24,000 nucleotides of DNA from Exiguobacterium aurantiacum (GCF_024362205.1 NZ_CP101463.1:35318-59317), one strand, 5' to 3'. Shown: positions 1 to 10,729, numbered from the stretch's first letter. Made by a program: numbers and translations. The notes: generated by a model not told the origin, from the sequence alone.

Positions 1-102
1 TAATTCTATGAGTCGCTTTTGTAAATTTGAAAAGTTACACGTTACTAAAGGGAATGTAGATAAATTATTAGGTATACTACTGACAGCTTCCAAGGAGCTA
101 AA

Positions 103-140
103 GAGGTCCCTAGCGCCTACGGGGAATTTGTATCGATAAG
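103..140 (+). repeat. 38-nt Tn3-family terminal-inverted-repeat-like sequence (Tn917-type), outer end to the left
   Basis: GAGGTCCCTAGCGCCTACGGGGAATTTGTATCGATAAG is exactly 38 nt. It has a G-rich outer end and an ...ATAAG inner end, as in Tn3-family IRs (Tn3 itself: GGGG...ACGTTAAG). It lies upstream of a Tn3-family-type resolvase gene. Confidence 0.55.
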
Positions 141-191
141 GAATAGATTTAAAAATTTCGCTGTTATTTTGTACAATAAGGATAAATTTGA

Positions 192-357
192 ATGGTACCA
201 TAAACGACCGTTTATGGTACCTTTTCATTTTCCTGCTTTTTCTAAATGTTTTTTAAGTAAATCAAGTACCAAAATCCGTTCCTTTTTCATAGTTCCTATA
301 TAGTTATACTTAATGAGTTATGGTACATTTAAATTATAAAATTAAGGAGGTTTTTTT
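192..357 (+). promoter_or_regulatory. Putative res / tnpR control region
   Basis: ATGGTAC(C) / AGTACC motifs recur at 192-199, 214-221, 264-270 and 320-326, directly upstream of the resolvase start. Tn3-family res sites sit in this position. Subsite boundaries were not resolved. Confidence 0.3.
194..225 (+). terminator. Rho-independent terminator-like hairpin (13-bp perfect stem) plus T-tract
   Basis: GGTACCATAAACG-AC-CGTTTATGGTACC followed by TTTT. It is positioned downstream of the gene that ends at the window start. Confidence 0.6.
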
Positions 358-432
358 ATGATTTTTGGCTATGTGTCAACAGCGGTTTAAAATTCCTTCT
401 TAATAACGGATTAAAAATCCCTTTTTTACACG

Positions 433-2435
<2,003 letters not shown>

Positions 2436-2673
2436 TCATACTCCATTTTCAGGTTGTCAGAATCATTATCCGTTAATTTAAGGGATTTTTAATACGTTGA
2501 TATAAGGGATTATAACAGCGTTGATTACAGCTATGCTCGAGTGAGTACGGATGATCAAAATCTTAGTTTACAAATTGATGCACTTACTCATTATGGAATT
2601 GATAAATTATTTCAAGAAAAAGTAACTGGTGCGAAAAAAGACCGACCGCAATTAGAAGAAATGATCAACCTAC

Positions 2674-4992
2674 TGTAGACGTCAAGTTGATTTTGACACT
2701 TTTTGCTCGTTTGCCTTTTACACTTCTGCCGAAAACAATGATTTCCGGTTCCTCATCCGATGACTGTCGTCATCACTATGTATGATTTCGACGCGATGGA
2801 GTAAACGGTCCAGTATCGCAGTCGTGATGCCCTGGTCCCCAATCAATTCGCCCCATTGATCGGGACTTTTGTTCGAGGTCAGGATGATCGAGCTGCGCTC
2901 ATAAAGGTGGTTGACGAGATGGAAGAAGAGATTGGCTTCCCGTTGGTCCATGGCCATATACATCAGGTCATCGATGATGATCAGGTCCGAATCTCGCAAC
3001 CTTTTCAACTGGATCTTCGACTTACTTGAGAACTCTTCACTTTTTAACAGTTGGACGAGTTCGCCCATCGTGACGAAGTATACTTTGAACCCGTGGTTGA
3101 CCGCCTCGATTCCCAGCCCCACAGCCAAAAACGTCTTTCCGACGCCCGGAGGGCCCAAGAGGATCAGGTTGTACTGTTGTTCGAGCCAGTTGAGCTGTTT
3201 CAACTGCTTCAGCTGTCGGGCGGTTAGTGCGGTCTGTTCCTCTAAATTGAACTCCGAGAGGGATTTGATGAACGGGAATCGGGCCCACTTCATTCGTCTC
3301 TCCAAACTTTTAGCGTCTCGTTTGGCGCGTTCATGGTTCGTTATGGCACTTAGAAATTCGATATACGTCCAGGAGGCCATTTCGGCCTCTCTCAAAATCT
3401 GTGGGAGGGCGTCAGCCGTCTCGGCGAGACGAAGTTGCCGAAAATCCTGTTGTAACTCGGAAACGCTTTGACTCATTTTGCCGTCACCCCTTTCAGGATG
3501 TCGGTGTAGGCTTGGATCGGCCTCGTTGCGACTTGTATCCCGGATTTCTTCGGACGTTCGGTATCGGGTTTTGGATCATGCCCATCGTCCGAGAGGATCG
3601 CGAGATAGTGGACCACGTCTCGGAAATCGTTGGCGCTGAACAGACTCTCTTGCGAACACTTTTCCAGTGCCGTCGTTAAGTGATTGGGGTACATGGTCGC
3701 GACGTCCCTGATGATGTTGAACTGGTCACGTCGGTATCTCGGGTAACGCCTTGAGAGCTCACCCAGATAATCGGACGCGGCCTCTCTGTCCTCGAAATAG
3801 GCGAGGACTTGTTGCTTCAGTTCTTCGATTCCTTTGGAACGATCCCGAAGGTGGTCACGGTTTTGAATCAGTTTTCCGCTCTCTTTGCTGATCCGGTGGT
3901 CTGCGATCACGTTCCCCTCGGGAGACTCGCGGATCAATAATCGATCCTGATCGGTCACCTCGACGAATACCACCTTTTTCTTGGCCGATGAGTAGGTCCC
4001 GATTGGGACGGTGTAGCGGTTTGAGCGATAACGGATTGTGTTGTCCTTGCCGACGTTCCTTGCTATACTTTCCATATGGATACTTTCGAAAGAGAGTAGC
4101 GATAAGACCGGTTGTAAGTGTTGTTTTTCGACGGAGAACACTTCAGCTGGTCTTTTTTTCGTTGTCTGATGGACGTTATGATTTCCTGTCCTCTCCAACC
4201 ATCTCATGGAACGGTCGTTCCAATCCTCGATATGCCGGTACACTCGGCTGTCCGCAAAATTCCGTTTGATGTACTTCACGACGTTCTCAATCATCCCCTT
4301 CGACTCCGGGTCGGCCCTGCGACATAGATGGATCCTGAACTTCCGTTCGTTCACATAGGCTTGAAACTCATTGGTCAATAGGACGTCACCTGCGTTCTCG
4401 TTGATTGCGATGAGGTGATCCTGGTCGTAGACGATTTCAGAAGGGCGCCCACCATAGAAGTGGAACGCATTTTCATGGCAGTGAATGGTGTCCTTGGTGG
4501 TGAACGGACGTTCTCTCCATTCCACATACTTCATCCGAGAGTGCGCAAGTACGAACGCGATGAAATAAAGCTTTATCGTTTTCCCGTCTTTAGTCCGTTG
4601 TCTGGTCTCACCCCAGTCCACCTGTACTTGCTTGCCCATCGGTTGTTCAGGGATGGCCTCGTAATGGCGGACGATCCTTTTCTTTTCAATCTGATAGACT
4701 TCTCGGATTTCCTTCACGTATGTCCTGACCGTGCTCGACCCGACCGAGAGGTCGGGATATCTTTCAAGTAACCAGTCATGTACTTGTGCGCTGCTCAAAT
4801 GCGGATACTCCTCCAACCATGCAATGATCCAGTCTCGGTAGGCATCGAGCTTCTTCTTTCGTGAACAGGCTTTATCGTCAAATTCATGTAGGGCATCTTC
4901 ATATGTCATCTTCAGATACTTATATACCGTTGGTCTCGATATTTTTAGTGCTGTGGCGATTTTGTGTAGTGCAAAATAGGAGTGCAGAAGTG
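2674..4992 (-). mobile_element. IS21-family insertion sequence, copy 2; right end intact, left end (IR, leader, istA start) missing
   Basis: The terminus TGTAGACGTCAAG... starts at 2674, exactly where tnpR homology stops (ambiguity 2674-2676). The istA frame runs uninterrupted into the end of IS copy 3 at 4992/4993, with no native start codon or leader. Confidence 0.75.
2718..3476 (-). CDS. istB: IS21-family helper ATPase IstB
   Basis: 252 aa. Walker A is GPPGVGKTF and Walker B is LIIIDDLM. It overlaps the istA stop by 4 nt. Confidence 0.9.
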   Translation of the reverse strand: MSQSVSELQQDFRQLRLAETADALPQILREAEMASWTYIEFLSAITNHERAKRDAKSLERRMKWARFPFIKSLSEFNLEEQTALTARQLKQLKQLNWLEQQYNLILLGPPGVGKTFLAVGLGIEAVNHGFKVYFVTMGELVQLLKSEEFSSKSKIQLKRLRDSDLIIIDDLMYMAMDQREANLFFHLVNHLYERSSIILTSNKSPDQWGELIGDQGITTAILDRLLHRVEIIHSDDDSHRMRNRKSLFSAEV

Positions 4993-5059
4993 TGCAACGG
5001 AAACGTACACAACTCTGCACTCCTATTTTAGAAAAGAAAAAGGACTTGCCAGCAACCAT
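3473..5059 (-). CDS. istA: IS21-family transposase IstA with a non-native N-terminus (the first ~22 codons are antisense of the neighbouring IS end); possibly non-functional
   Basis: HTH IATALKISRPTVYKYL. DDE-type motifs QVDWGE, YDQDHL and SKGMIENVV. Codons 1-22 (MVAGKSFFFSKIGVQSCVRFRC) map to 4993-5059, which is inside the left end of IS copy 3. Confidence 0.7.
   Translation of the reverse strand: MVAGKSFFFSKIGVQSCVRFRCTLLHSYFALHKIATALKISRPTVYKYLKMTYEDALHEFDDKACSRKKKLDAYRDWIIAWLEEYPHLSSAQVHDWLLERYPDLSVGSSTVRTYVKEIREVYQIEKKRIVRHYEAIPEQPMGKQVQVDWGETRQRTKDGKTIKLYFIAFVLAHSRMKYVEWRERPFTTKDTIHCHENAFHFYGGRPSEIVYDQDHLIAINENAGDVLLTNEFQAYVNERKFRIHLCRRADPESKGMIENVVKYIKRNFADSRVYRHIEDWNDRSMRWLERTGNHNVHQTTKKRPAEVFSVEKQHLQPVLSLLSFESIHMESIARNVGKDNTIRYRSNRYTVPIGTYSSAKKKVVFVEVTDQDRLLIRESPEGNVIADHRISKESGKLIQNRDHLRDRSKGIEELKQQVLAYFEDREAASDYLGELSRRYPRYRRDQFNIIRDVATMYPNHLTTALEKCSQESLFSANDFRDVVHYLAILSDDGHDPKPDTERPKKSGIQVATRPIQAYTDILKGVTAK
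4973..5029. repeat. 57-bp imperfect palindrome straddling the IS21 copy 2 / copy 3 junction
   Basis: AAAATAGGAGTGCAGA (4973-4988) is the perfect reverse complement of TCTGCACTCCTATTTT (5014-5029). The central TGTGCAACGGAAACGTACACA is self-complementary at its ends. Confidence 0.85.
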
Positions 5060-5067
5060 AATCTCGC

Positions 5068-5101
5068 CCTAACGTTTAAGTTGCGACACAAGAACGTTAG
5101 G
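5068..5101 (+). promoter_or_regulatory. Leader hairpin whose 3' arm covers the istA Shine-Dalgarno
   Basis: CCTAACGTT (5068-5076) pairs with AACGTTAGG (5093-5101). AGGAG at 5099-5103 is the only SD for the ATGs at 5104/5113/5122. Confidence 0.45.
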
Positions 5102-5103
5102 AG

Positions 5104-6549
5104 ATGAAAGGAATGCTAGCAATGTCCGATATCAATTGTATCAAATTTCTCAGAAACCACAAATCACATTCAATCAACCGAATCGCTAAAAATCTAGACC
5201 TCAATTGGAGGACGGTAAAGAAATATGCAGATTCAGCTCAATTGCCGAGTGAAACCATTCGCCCCAAGAGGGGCATGATGTACGGAACGAAATGGGGCGA
5301 GATGGTCGAGGATTGGTTGACCGAAGATCAGATGCTTCAGAAAAAGTTAAGACGAACGAATAAAAAGATTTATGAAACGCTGGTGGCGAACGGATTCGAG
5401 GGTTCTTACCGAACGGTCTGCAATTTCATCAAGAGCTGGCATATGACGAGCGAGGAGGAAAACGACACAAGGCACGAACGATTGCAGCACCCTCCGGGTG
5501 AGGCGCAGGTGGATTTCGGAACGATGGAAGTCGTCAAAGATAGTCATGCGGTCGATGTAAAGTGCCTCGTCATGAGTTTGCCCTTCAGCAACCGCACGGC
5601 AGCCGTCGCCCTCCCCGCAGAAAACCAAGAGTGCTTCCTGACGGGGCTCAAAATGCTTTTTGAAGAAATCGGCGGTGTGCCGCAACAGCTCAGAATCGAT
5701 AATCTCCCCGCCGCAGTCATCCAACCGCGAACGACGAAAGAAGAGGCAATCTATACAGATGCTTTCCTGCAGTTCATGGCTCATTATGGCTTCCAAGTCC
5801 AAAGCTGCAATCCTTATAGCGGAAACGAGAAAGGAAGTGTCGAGAACAAGGTAGGATACGTTCGATACAATTTCCTTGTCCCGGCTCCTGTCATGCATGA
5901 TTACGATTCGATGAACCGACAGCTCTCAGTTTCCCTACGGGACGATATGGAGAGAGTACACTACGAAAAGCATGTGCTGATCCGTGAGTTGTTCGAAGAA
6001 GAGCAGAGACATCTATTGCGATTGCCGCAAGAAGACTTCCCCGTCTTCAAAGAAGAACTGTTCAAGGTGAACAAGTACGGCGAAATAACGATCGATAAGA
6101 CGAAAGTCTTGGTCCCTTCAGGGTCTCGTCATGGGCAAGTACGCGCCATCTTAAGGTGGGATTCGATGAAGATTCTCTCACTTCACGGAGAAATCCTCTA
6201 CGAAGAAAAACGGCCCTACATGATGACAAAACGTGCGCTCCCGTGGGAAAACATCATCAGCACTTGGCACAAGAAGCCGAGAAGCTTCGGTCACTCCCGT
6301 TATTCCGAATATCTGCCGGGTAGAATCAAAGAGTACCTGGGCGTGCCGAACTTACTCGTTCGGCAGGAAAGACTGGCCTGGATCCGAGCCAAGCTCGCAC
6401 TGTATCCGATCCTCGAGATCAATGAACGCCTATACGAGCTACTGAGCGAGGACGACGATCCAGCCGTGGTTGAGGACCATCCTTATGATGTGGACTGGAG
6501 CAAGTATGATAGCCTGAATCGGCCGTGGGGAGAAGGTGGCACCGCATGA
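5104..6549 (+). CDS. istA: IS21-family transposase IstA
   Basis: HTH INRIAKNLDLNWRTVKKYA. DDE-type motifs QVDFGT, IDNLPAAV and EKGSVENKV. ATG 5113 has better SD spacing than 5104. Confidence 0.9.
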   Translation: MKGMLAMSDINCIKFLRNHKSHSINRIAKNLDLNWRTVKKYADSAQLPSETIRPKRGMMYGTKWGEMVEDWLTEDQMLQKKLRRTNKKIYETLVANGFEGSYRTVCNFIKSWHMTSEEENDTRHERLQHPPGEAQVDFGTMEVVKDSHAVDVKCLVMSLPFSNRTAAVALPAENQECFLTGLKMLFEEIGGVPQQLRIDNLPAAVIQPRTTKEEAIYTDAFLQFMAHYGFQVQSCNPYSGNEKGSVENKVGYVRYNFLVPAPVMHDYDSMNRQLSVSLRDDMERVHYEKHVLIRELFEEEQRHLLRLPQEDFPVFKEELFKVNKYGEITIDKTKVLVPSGSRHGQVRAILRWDSMKILSLHGEILYEEKRPYMMTKRALPWENIISTWHKKPRSFGHSRYSEYLPGRIKEYLGVPNLLVRQERLAWIRAKLALYPILEINERLYELLSEDDDPAVVEDHPYDVDWSKYDSLNRPWGEGGTA

Positions 6550-7262
6550 GCTTGAAAGAAATGTGCAAGTCGCTCCGCCTTGCCTACGTCGCCGAAATCT
6601 ATGAATCGATTCCAACGGAATCTCCTGAAAAATTTCTTATGGAACTTTTCTCTATGGAAATGCGTCTCCGCGAAGAAGCGAAGGCGCAACGATTTATCAA
6701 AAAGGCGAAATTTATCAATAACAAGTCACTCGACGACTATCACTGGGGCAATCACATCTACTTCCCGAAGCATTTGGATAAGGACGAACTGACCTCACTG
6801 AATTTCGTCGAGCATTCACAGAACGTCGTTCTGACAGGGTCCCCGGGAACAGGAAAGACCCATTTGGCCATCGGACTCGGGAGAGAGGCTTGTCACAAAG
6901 GGTATGAGGTGAGGTTCTTCCGGGTCTCCGAGCTCGTAGAGCAACTCAACAAGTCCTGGCGCGATGGGAAGCTGAGCAGCTTCCATTCACGTCTCGAATC
7001 GGCAGACCTTATCATTTTGGACGAGATGGGATACATCCCTCTCACAAAAGAATCTGCGGAACTCCTGTTCCATCTGATCACCGACTGGTATGAGCGAAAG
7101 AGCCTGATCATCACATCCAACCTTGAGTTCAGCCAGTGGAATCGTATCTTTGGCGACGCGCGCCTAACGGCGGCACTCGTCGATCGTGTCATCCATCACG
7201 CACATATACTTAACTTCACAGGTGACAGTTATCGTGTCACGCATGCGTTGTCGAAACATTAA
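6546..7262 (+). CDS. istB: IS21-family helper ATPase IstB
   Basis: ATGA overlap with the istA stop (start MSLKEMCKSL...). Walker A is GSPGTGKTH and Walker B is LIILDEMG. The track's start at 6525 lies inside istA and is less likely. Confidence 0.9.
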   Translation: MSLKEMCKSLRLAYVAEIYESIPTESPEKFLMELFSMEMRLREEAKAQRFIKKAKFINNKSLDDYHWGNHIYFPKHLDKDELTSLNFVEHSQNVVLTGSPGTGKTHLAIGLGREACHKGYEVRFFRVSELVEQLNKSWRDGKLSSFHSRLESADLIILDEMGYIPLTKESAELLFHLITDWYERKSLIITSNLEFSQWNRIFGDARLTAALVDRVIHHAHILNFTGDSYRVTHALSKH

Positions 7263-7297
7263 AACTTAGTTGGCAAAGTTCTGTACTTTTCGTTGCA

Positions 7298-8275
7298 TTA
7301 TTGTGCACATTTGTATTGCAAAATACAATACCTAAGGAAATTCAGATAAACAAGGAAATATTCGAAATTATTGAAGATTATAAAAAGGAAACTAATAGTG
7401 AGAACGAAGAATATCTGTTCCATCTTTCTCACCATTATGAACATTTAACAAAGCCTAAGTATAGCAGCTTCATAAATAAAGGAGTAACAAAAAAATATAA
7501 CGACCATCGAACAACCGATTTAATGTCAAAGCTATTGGTTTCATTTTTCAATGAAGTGATACAAGACGGTATGGGCATTAATGTTGTAAATTCAAGAGAC
7601 GAATTAGATTTAGAAAATCCACACAAAACCATTACTCGCCTTAGTCTAATGGATACACGCCATTTCGCTATTTGTTCAATGATGATGCAAGGATTCAGTG
7701 AATTAACAATCGCCCAAATGGCAGGTCATACTAAGATTGAAACTCAATCCGCATATGCATCTCATATTGATGATTTTCAAAGGTCTTATTCTAATTTACT
7801 AGCTAAGGATATCCAGCGAAGTATGACAAACCTAAATACTTCAGGATTCGATCATTTTACATTTCGTCAAAAGCAGATACTCTCTTATTGGAATTCTGAC
7901 TACTCTAAAGAAAAGAAAATAGATTATGGTTACTGCCAATCAAAAAACTTTCCGTACGAATGTTTCGAAGATGATTGTATCTTTTGTAATAAGATTCATA
8001 TAGATTTATCTAATTTGACCACTCTAGAACAATCTGAATTGGCAAACAAAATTACAAAAATTCAAGATGAAATACAAATCAAATTAAATTTCATCAAAAA
8101 GTATTACCGATCAGCTTATAGGAAAAAGGAGTCAGAATTCGATAATAACGAAAAAAACTCTAAAGACCTTGAACGAAACAGCGCAAATCTCGCAATTTTA
8201 TTAAATAGAAAAGCAATGTTAGAGGCGCATCTAGCCAAAAAAATGGAGGTACAAGATGACAACAGAAAAGTCTAA
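7298..8275 (+). pseudogene. Tyrosine recombinase/transposase, N-terminally truncated at the IS21 copy 3 boundary; long Cys-containing C-terminal extension
   Basis: The catalytic C-terminal motifs are present: LMDTRHFAICSMMMQG (Arg-II region) and MAGHTKIETQSAYASHI (GH...Y nucleophile). The Arg-I region and N-terminal core-binding domain are absent. The apparent TTG start at 7301 is just the frame running out of the IS. Composition turns AT-rich at 7298. Confidence 0.7.
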
Positions 8276-8843
8276 GGGTGGCAGACCGCAAAAATATTCA
8301 TATGAGGAACTAAGATCCGTTTTATTCGAATACGCAAACAAAAAAAGTGGGAAATTAATTACTCTCGCAGATTTAGGGCGCGAAACAAAGTTTCCTCGGT
8401 ACGTATGGAGAAATAATAAACAGATTCGAGAAGACATTGAAAAGCTTAACAAAACCCCTATAGCAATCGTAGGTTTAATGAAAGAGAATGTAAAAATTCC
8501 TTCGGCTGAGGATTTAGTAAATTCTAATTATAAAAATAAAAACCTACTAATCACAAGGGTTCAACAAGTCCTTGACGCATATCAAACTACTTTTGAACAA
8601 GTGTTAAAGACAACGGAATTAGAAAATAGCCTAAATATTAAGGAGAAAGAAATAGCCTCTTTAAAAGAGGAAATCGATGCCCTGAAAAAGCAGGCTGCAT
8701 TCTATCAAGAAAAATACGAATCGATGACATTACATAGCACTACTCTTCTAAGTCGGAAAAATTTTGATTTGAAGGAAAATGTCATAGATGTGGAAAAGAA
8801 ATTTAAAGAAATTGACGATGAATTTGAGGATTTATTCAAATAA
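8256..8843 (+). CDS. Hypothetical DNA-binding/coiled-coil protein, translationally coupled to the recombinase (accessory factor of the same element?)
   Basis: 195 aa. It overlaps the upstream ORF by 20 nt. The N-terminus is basic (KGGRPQKYSYEELRSVL). The C-terminal half is heptad-rich (EKEIASLKEEIDALKKQAAFYQEKYE). Confidence 0.6.
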   Translation: MTTEKSKGGRPQKYSYEELRSVLFEYANKKSGKLITLADLGRETKFPRYVWRNNKQIREDIEKLNKTPIAIVGLMKENVKIPSAEDLVNSNYKNKNLLITRVQQVLDAYQTTFEQVLKTTELENSLNIKEKEIASLKEEIDALKKQAAFYQEKYESMTLHSTTLLSRKNFDLKENVIDVEKKFKEIDDEFEDLFK

Positions 8844-9066
8844 ACAAAAGTCTATCAAAAGTCATAAAATAAAGTACTTTTAGGGTTCACTTCAAGCTCG
8901 CTTCGGGGACGTTTTCGTTATTCAACAATCAAAGCGCTATTGCCGTACAAAGGTAATCGCTTATCAATTAACTACATATGATTTAATAACTTCACATTAC
9001 AACTATTGTTGTTCTAACTTGAGTAGAACTCAAAGCGAATGGCGCAATTGTCGAACAACATAAACT

Positions 9067-9112
9067 GGCTTTCTACTTTGTGTTCATATAAACATAGTAG
9101 GAAGCCTTTTTT
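9067..9112 (+). terminator. Rho-independent terminator-like hairpin
   Basis: GGCTTTCTACT ... AGTAGGAAGCC (one G-U pair) followed by TTTTTT. Confidence 0.45.
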
Positions 9113-9162
9113 ATTCTATAATTTCTTCATTTTAGTCTTGATTTCCCGAAAAGGTTTATTAT

Positions 9163-9197
9163 AAAAAAACCTCCTGATTTGTAACAGATTCAGGAGG
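9163..9197 (-). terminator. Rho-independent terminator (minus strand) downstream of the efflux operon
   Basis: CCTCCTGA...TCAGGAGG stem preceded by A7 on the plus strand, which is a U7 tail on the minus strand. Confidence 0.5.
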
Positions 9198-9232
9198 AAC
9201 TTTGTAATATTTGAATGAATGATGTCTATTTT

Positions 9233-9270
9233 GGGGTAGCTTCCCGTAAATGCGTATTTACAACGTTAAG
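9233..9270 (+). repeat. Tn3-family-type 38-nt terminal inverted repeat (left)
   Basis: GGGGTAGCTTCCCGTAAATGCGTATTTACAACGTTAAG has a GGGG outer end and an ACGTTAAG inner end, identical in form to the Tn3 IR ends. Confidence 0.7.
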
Positions 9271-9498
9271 CTGTTTGTGTTGATAAAAATAAAGCATATA
9301 CAACGATAAGAATTTTGAGACAAGTCATACAACAAAATACTAAATCGCTTTATTTGACGTAATTTCGATTATATCTCAATAGATTAAACCTTATTGTACA
9401 AGGTTTCCTGCTTTATCATTGTAAATCCGTATAATCCGGATGCTGCCCCTCTAAGAAGTAAGATGTTCTCATACCAATAAGGAACTCATACCATTTAA

Positions 9499-9843
9499 TT
9501 AATGAGAAGTGCTTGTTTTCGTGTCAGCAGATCTTTGATTAAGTATAATTACTCCACCGACAATCATAACTAAACCAATAAATGTAAGAATGTTGAATGG
9601 TTCATTCCACACCAAAACACCTATTAAAGCTGTCAGAGCTGTTCCTACACCTGACCAGATTGCGTAAGCTAAACTTAAAGGCAAAGTTTTTAAAGACAAT
9701 GATAATGTATAGAACGCTATGAAGAAGCCAATTGCTACTCCAATTGTGGGGTATATATTCGTAAATCCTTCAGATAATTTCAACATAGATGTTCCGAATA
9801 TTTCACCAATAATCGCAATTCCTAATGCAACATACCCTTTCAT
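9499..9843 (-). CDS. ebrB: Small multidrug resistance (SMR) transporter subunit, EbrB-like (paired-SMR)
   Basis: 114 aa with 4 predicted TM segments and the conserved membrane Glu in GEIFGTSMLKLSEGFT. AYAIWSGVGTALTALIG and ...VILNQ closely resemble B. subtilis EbrB as I recall it. RBS is AGGAAGG. Confidence 0.85.
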   Translation of the reverse strand: MKGYVALGIAIIGEIFGTSMLKLSEGFTNIYPTIGVAIGFFIAFYTLSLSLKTLPLSLAYAIWSGVGTALTALIGVLVWNEPFNILTFIGLVMIVGGVIILNQRSADTKTSTSH

Positions 9844-9860
9844 AATCCATCAACCTTCCT

Positions 9861-10178
9861 TTAATGAGACAATTTAAGTACCACAACACCAGCTATAATG
9901 ATTAGTAAGCCAAGTAATATTTTTAGATTAAACTTTTCTTTCCAAACAAGAATACCAACAATCGCAGTAAGAGCAGTTCCTGCACCAGACCATATTGCAT
10001 AAGCAGTTCCTAACGGAATGTGTTCTAATGCTTTGGAGAGAAGGTAAAAAGCACTCCCCATACCTATTACTAAACCAACTGTAGGGACTAATTTCTTAAA
10101 GCCATTTGATGCCTTCATCATAGAACTTCCGAATACTTCAAATAAGATTGAGCCAATTAATAATACATATGGATTCAT
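9861..10178 (-). CDS. ebrA: Small multidrug resistance (SMR) transporter subunit, EbrA-like (paired-SMR)
   Basis: 105 aa with the conserved Glu in FEVFGSSMMKASNGFKK and the motif AYAIWSGAGTALTAIVG. RBS is GGAGG. It has the same order and size as ebrA-ebrB. Confidence 0.85.
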   Translation of the reverse strand: MNPYVLLIGSILFEVFGSSMMKASNGFKKLVPTVGLVIGMGSAFYLLSKALEHIPLGTAYAIWSGAGTALTAIVGILVWKEKFNLKILLGLLIIIAGVVVLKLSH

Positions 10179-10189
10179 GTGATATCCTC

Positions 10190-10729
10190 CTAGGTTGTAG
10201 ATTCAATTAATTTTTCGATGATTTTTTCTCGTAAGTCAAAATTGATTTGTCCCAACTTAAAGAACTCGGAATAATAAAGACCATCGAGGGTAAGCCGAAT
10301 TGTTGTTGCTAGTACAGAGTCAATACCATCCTCATCAATTTTTGATTGAATATACTCGAAGTGGACGAGGATGTTTTCTGTAACAGTATGGTTCAATTTC
10401 GAAAAAGAATGAGATGCTATATTTAGAACTTGAGAATTGTTTAAATCATCAGTGTATGCATGTATTAAGGCGCGAGTCCATTTTCCTTTTTCTATAGGAT
10501 CATTCTCAGCTAATTCATTAAATCGGTATACAAAGTCTTGAAAAATTAGTTCAGTTATTCCAGCATATAATGCTTCTTTTGAGGGGAAATGATACAATAA
10601 ACCACCTTTGCTAACATTGGCTTGCTTTGCGACTGCTTCTAATGTCAAAGTATCAAAATCGTTTGAACCTAAGAGTTCTATTGCAGCATTTAGTAGATGC
10701 GCTCTTTTGTCCTGTCCTTTTGCTGACAT
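10190..10729 (-). CDS. TetR/AcrR-family transcriptional repressor
   Basis: Start MSAKGQDKRAHLLNAAIELL, preceded by AAGGAGGG. HTH is TLEAVAKQANVSKGGLLYHFPSKEALY. The track's longer start (10789) would run through its own promoter. Confidence 0.9.
   Translation of the reverse strand: MSAKGQDKRAHLLNAAIELLGSNDFDTLTLEAVAKQANVSKGGLLYHFPSKEALYAGITELIFQDFVYRFNELAENDPIEKGKWTRALIHAYTDDLNNSQVLNIASHSFSKLNHTVTENILVHFEYIQSKIDEDGIDSVLATTIRLTLDGLYYSEFFKLGQINFDLREKIIEKLIESTT

Larger units (their letters stand above)
1..357 (+). other. Non-coding tail of an erm(B)/Tn917-type MLS-resistance module running into the tnpR leader; the window opens on TAA, which would be the erm stop codon
   Basis: Recognised from memory. 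The string GTTACACGTTACTAAAGGGAATGTAGATAAATTATTAGGTATACTACTGACAGCTTCCAAGGAGCTAAAGAGGTCCCTAGCGCCTACGGGGAATTTGTATCGATAAGG follows ermB in Tn917/pAMbeta1-derived erm cassettes. The region is AT-rich with no ORF. Needs an alignment to confirm. Confidence 0.55.
4993..7297 (+). mobile_element. IS21-family insertion sequence, copy 3 (complete ends, no target duplication)
   Basis: Left end TGCAACGGAAACGTACACAACTCTGC (4993-5018) matches the reverse complement of 7272-7297 (TGCAACGAAAAGTACAGAACTTTGCC) at 22/26 with one gap. The flanks CAGAAGTG and TTATTGTG are not a duplication. Confidence 0.8.

Noticed and set aside
2911-4771. Antisense or alternative-frame ORFs inside IS21 copy 2 (2911-3471, 3037-3288, 3401-3679, 3988-4269, 4118-4327, 4415-4771)
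   Set aside because: They lie opposite or out of frame to the clearly motif-bearing istA/istB. They have no RBS, and their translations are low-complexity.
5011-5011. Possibility that IS21 copy 2 is complete, with its left terminus at 5011 (TGTGTACGTTTCCGTTGCACACTTCTGC reads somewhat like its right end TGTAGACGTCAAGTTG...GACACTTTTTGC)
   Set aside because: That would leave the istA HTH without any start codon or leader, and would overlap copy 3's well-supported end by 19 nt. The resemblance is most simply a by-product of the junction palindrome. It is kept as an open question in the findings.
5347-7192. Antisense or alternative-frame ORFs inside IS21 copy 3 (5347-5898, 5660-5854, 6233-6445, 6483-6689, 6580-6792, 6893-7192)
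   Set aside because: Same reasoning as for copy 2. The sense-frame products carry the IstA/IstB motifs, and these do not.
9271-9498. Possible riboswitch (guanidine/ykkC-type) associated with the SMR pair
   Set aside because: This region is downstream of the operon, not upstream. The operon leader is only ~30 nt after a TetR-controlled promoter. No ykkC-like conserved segments were seen.
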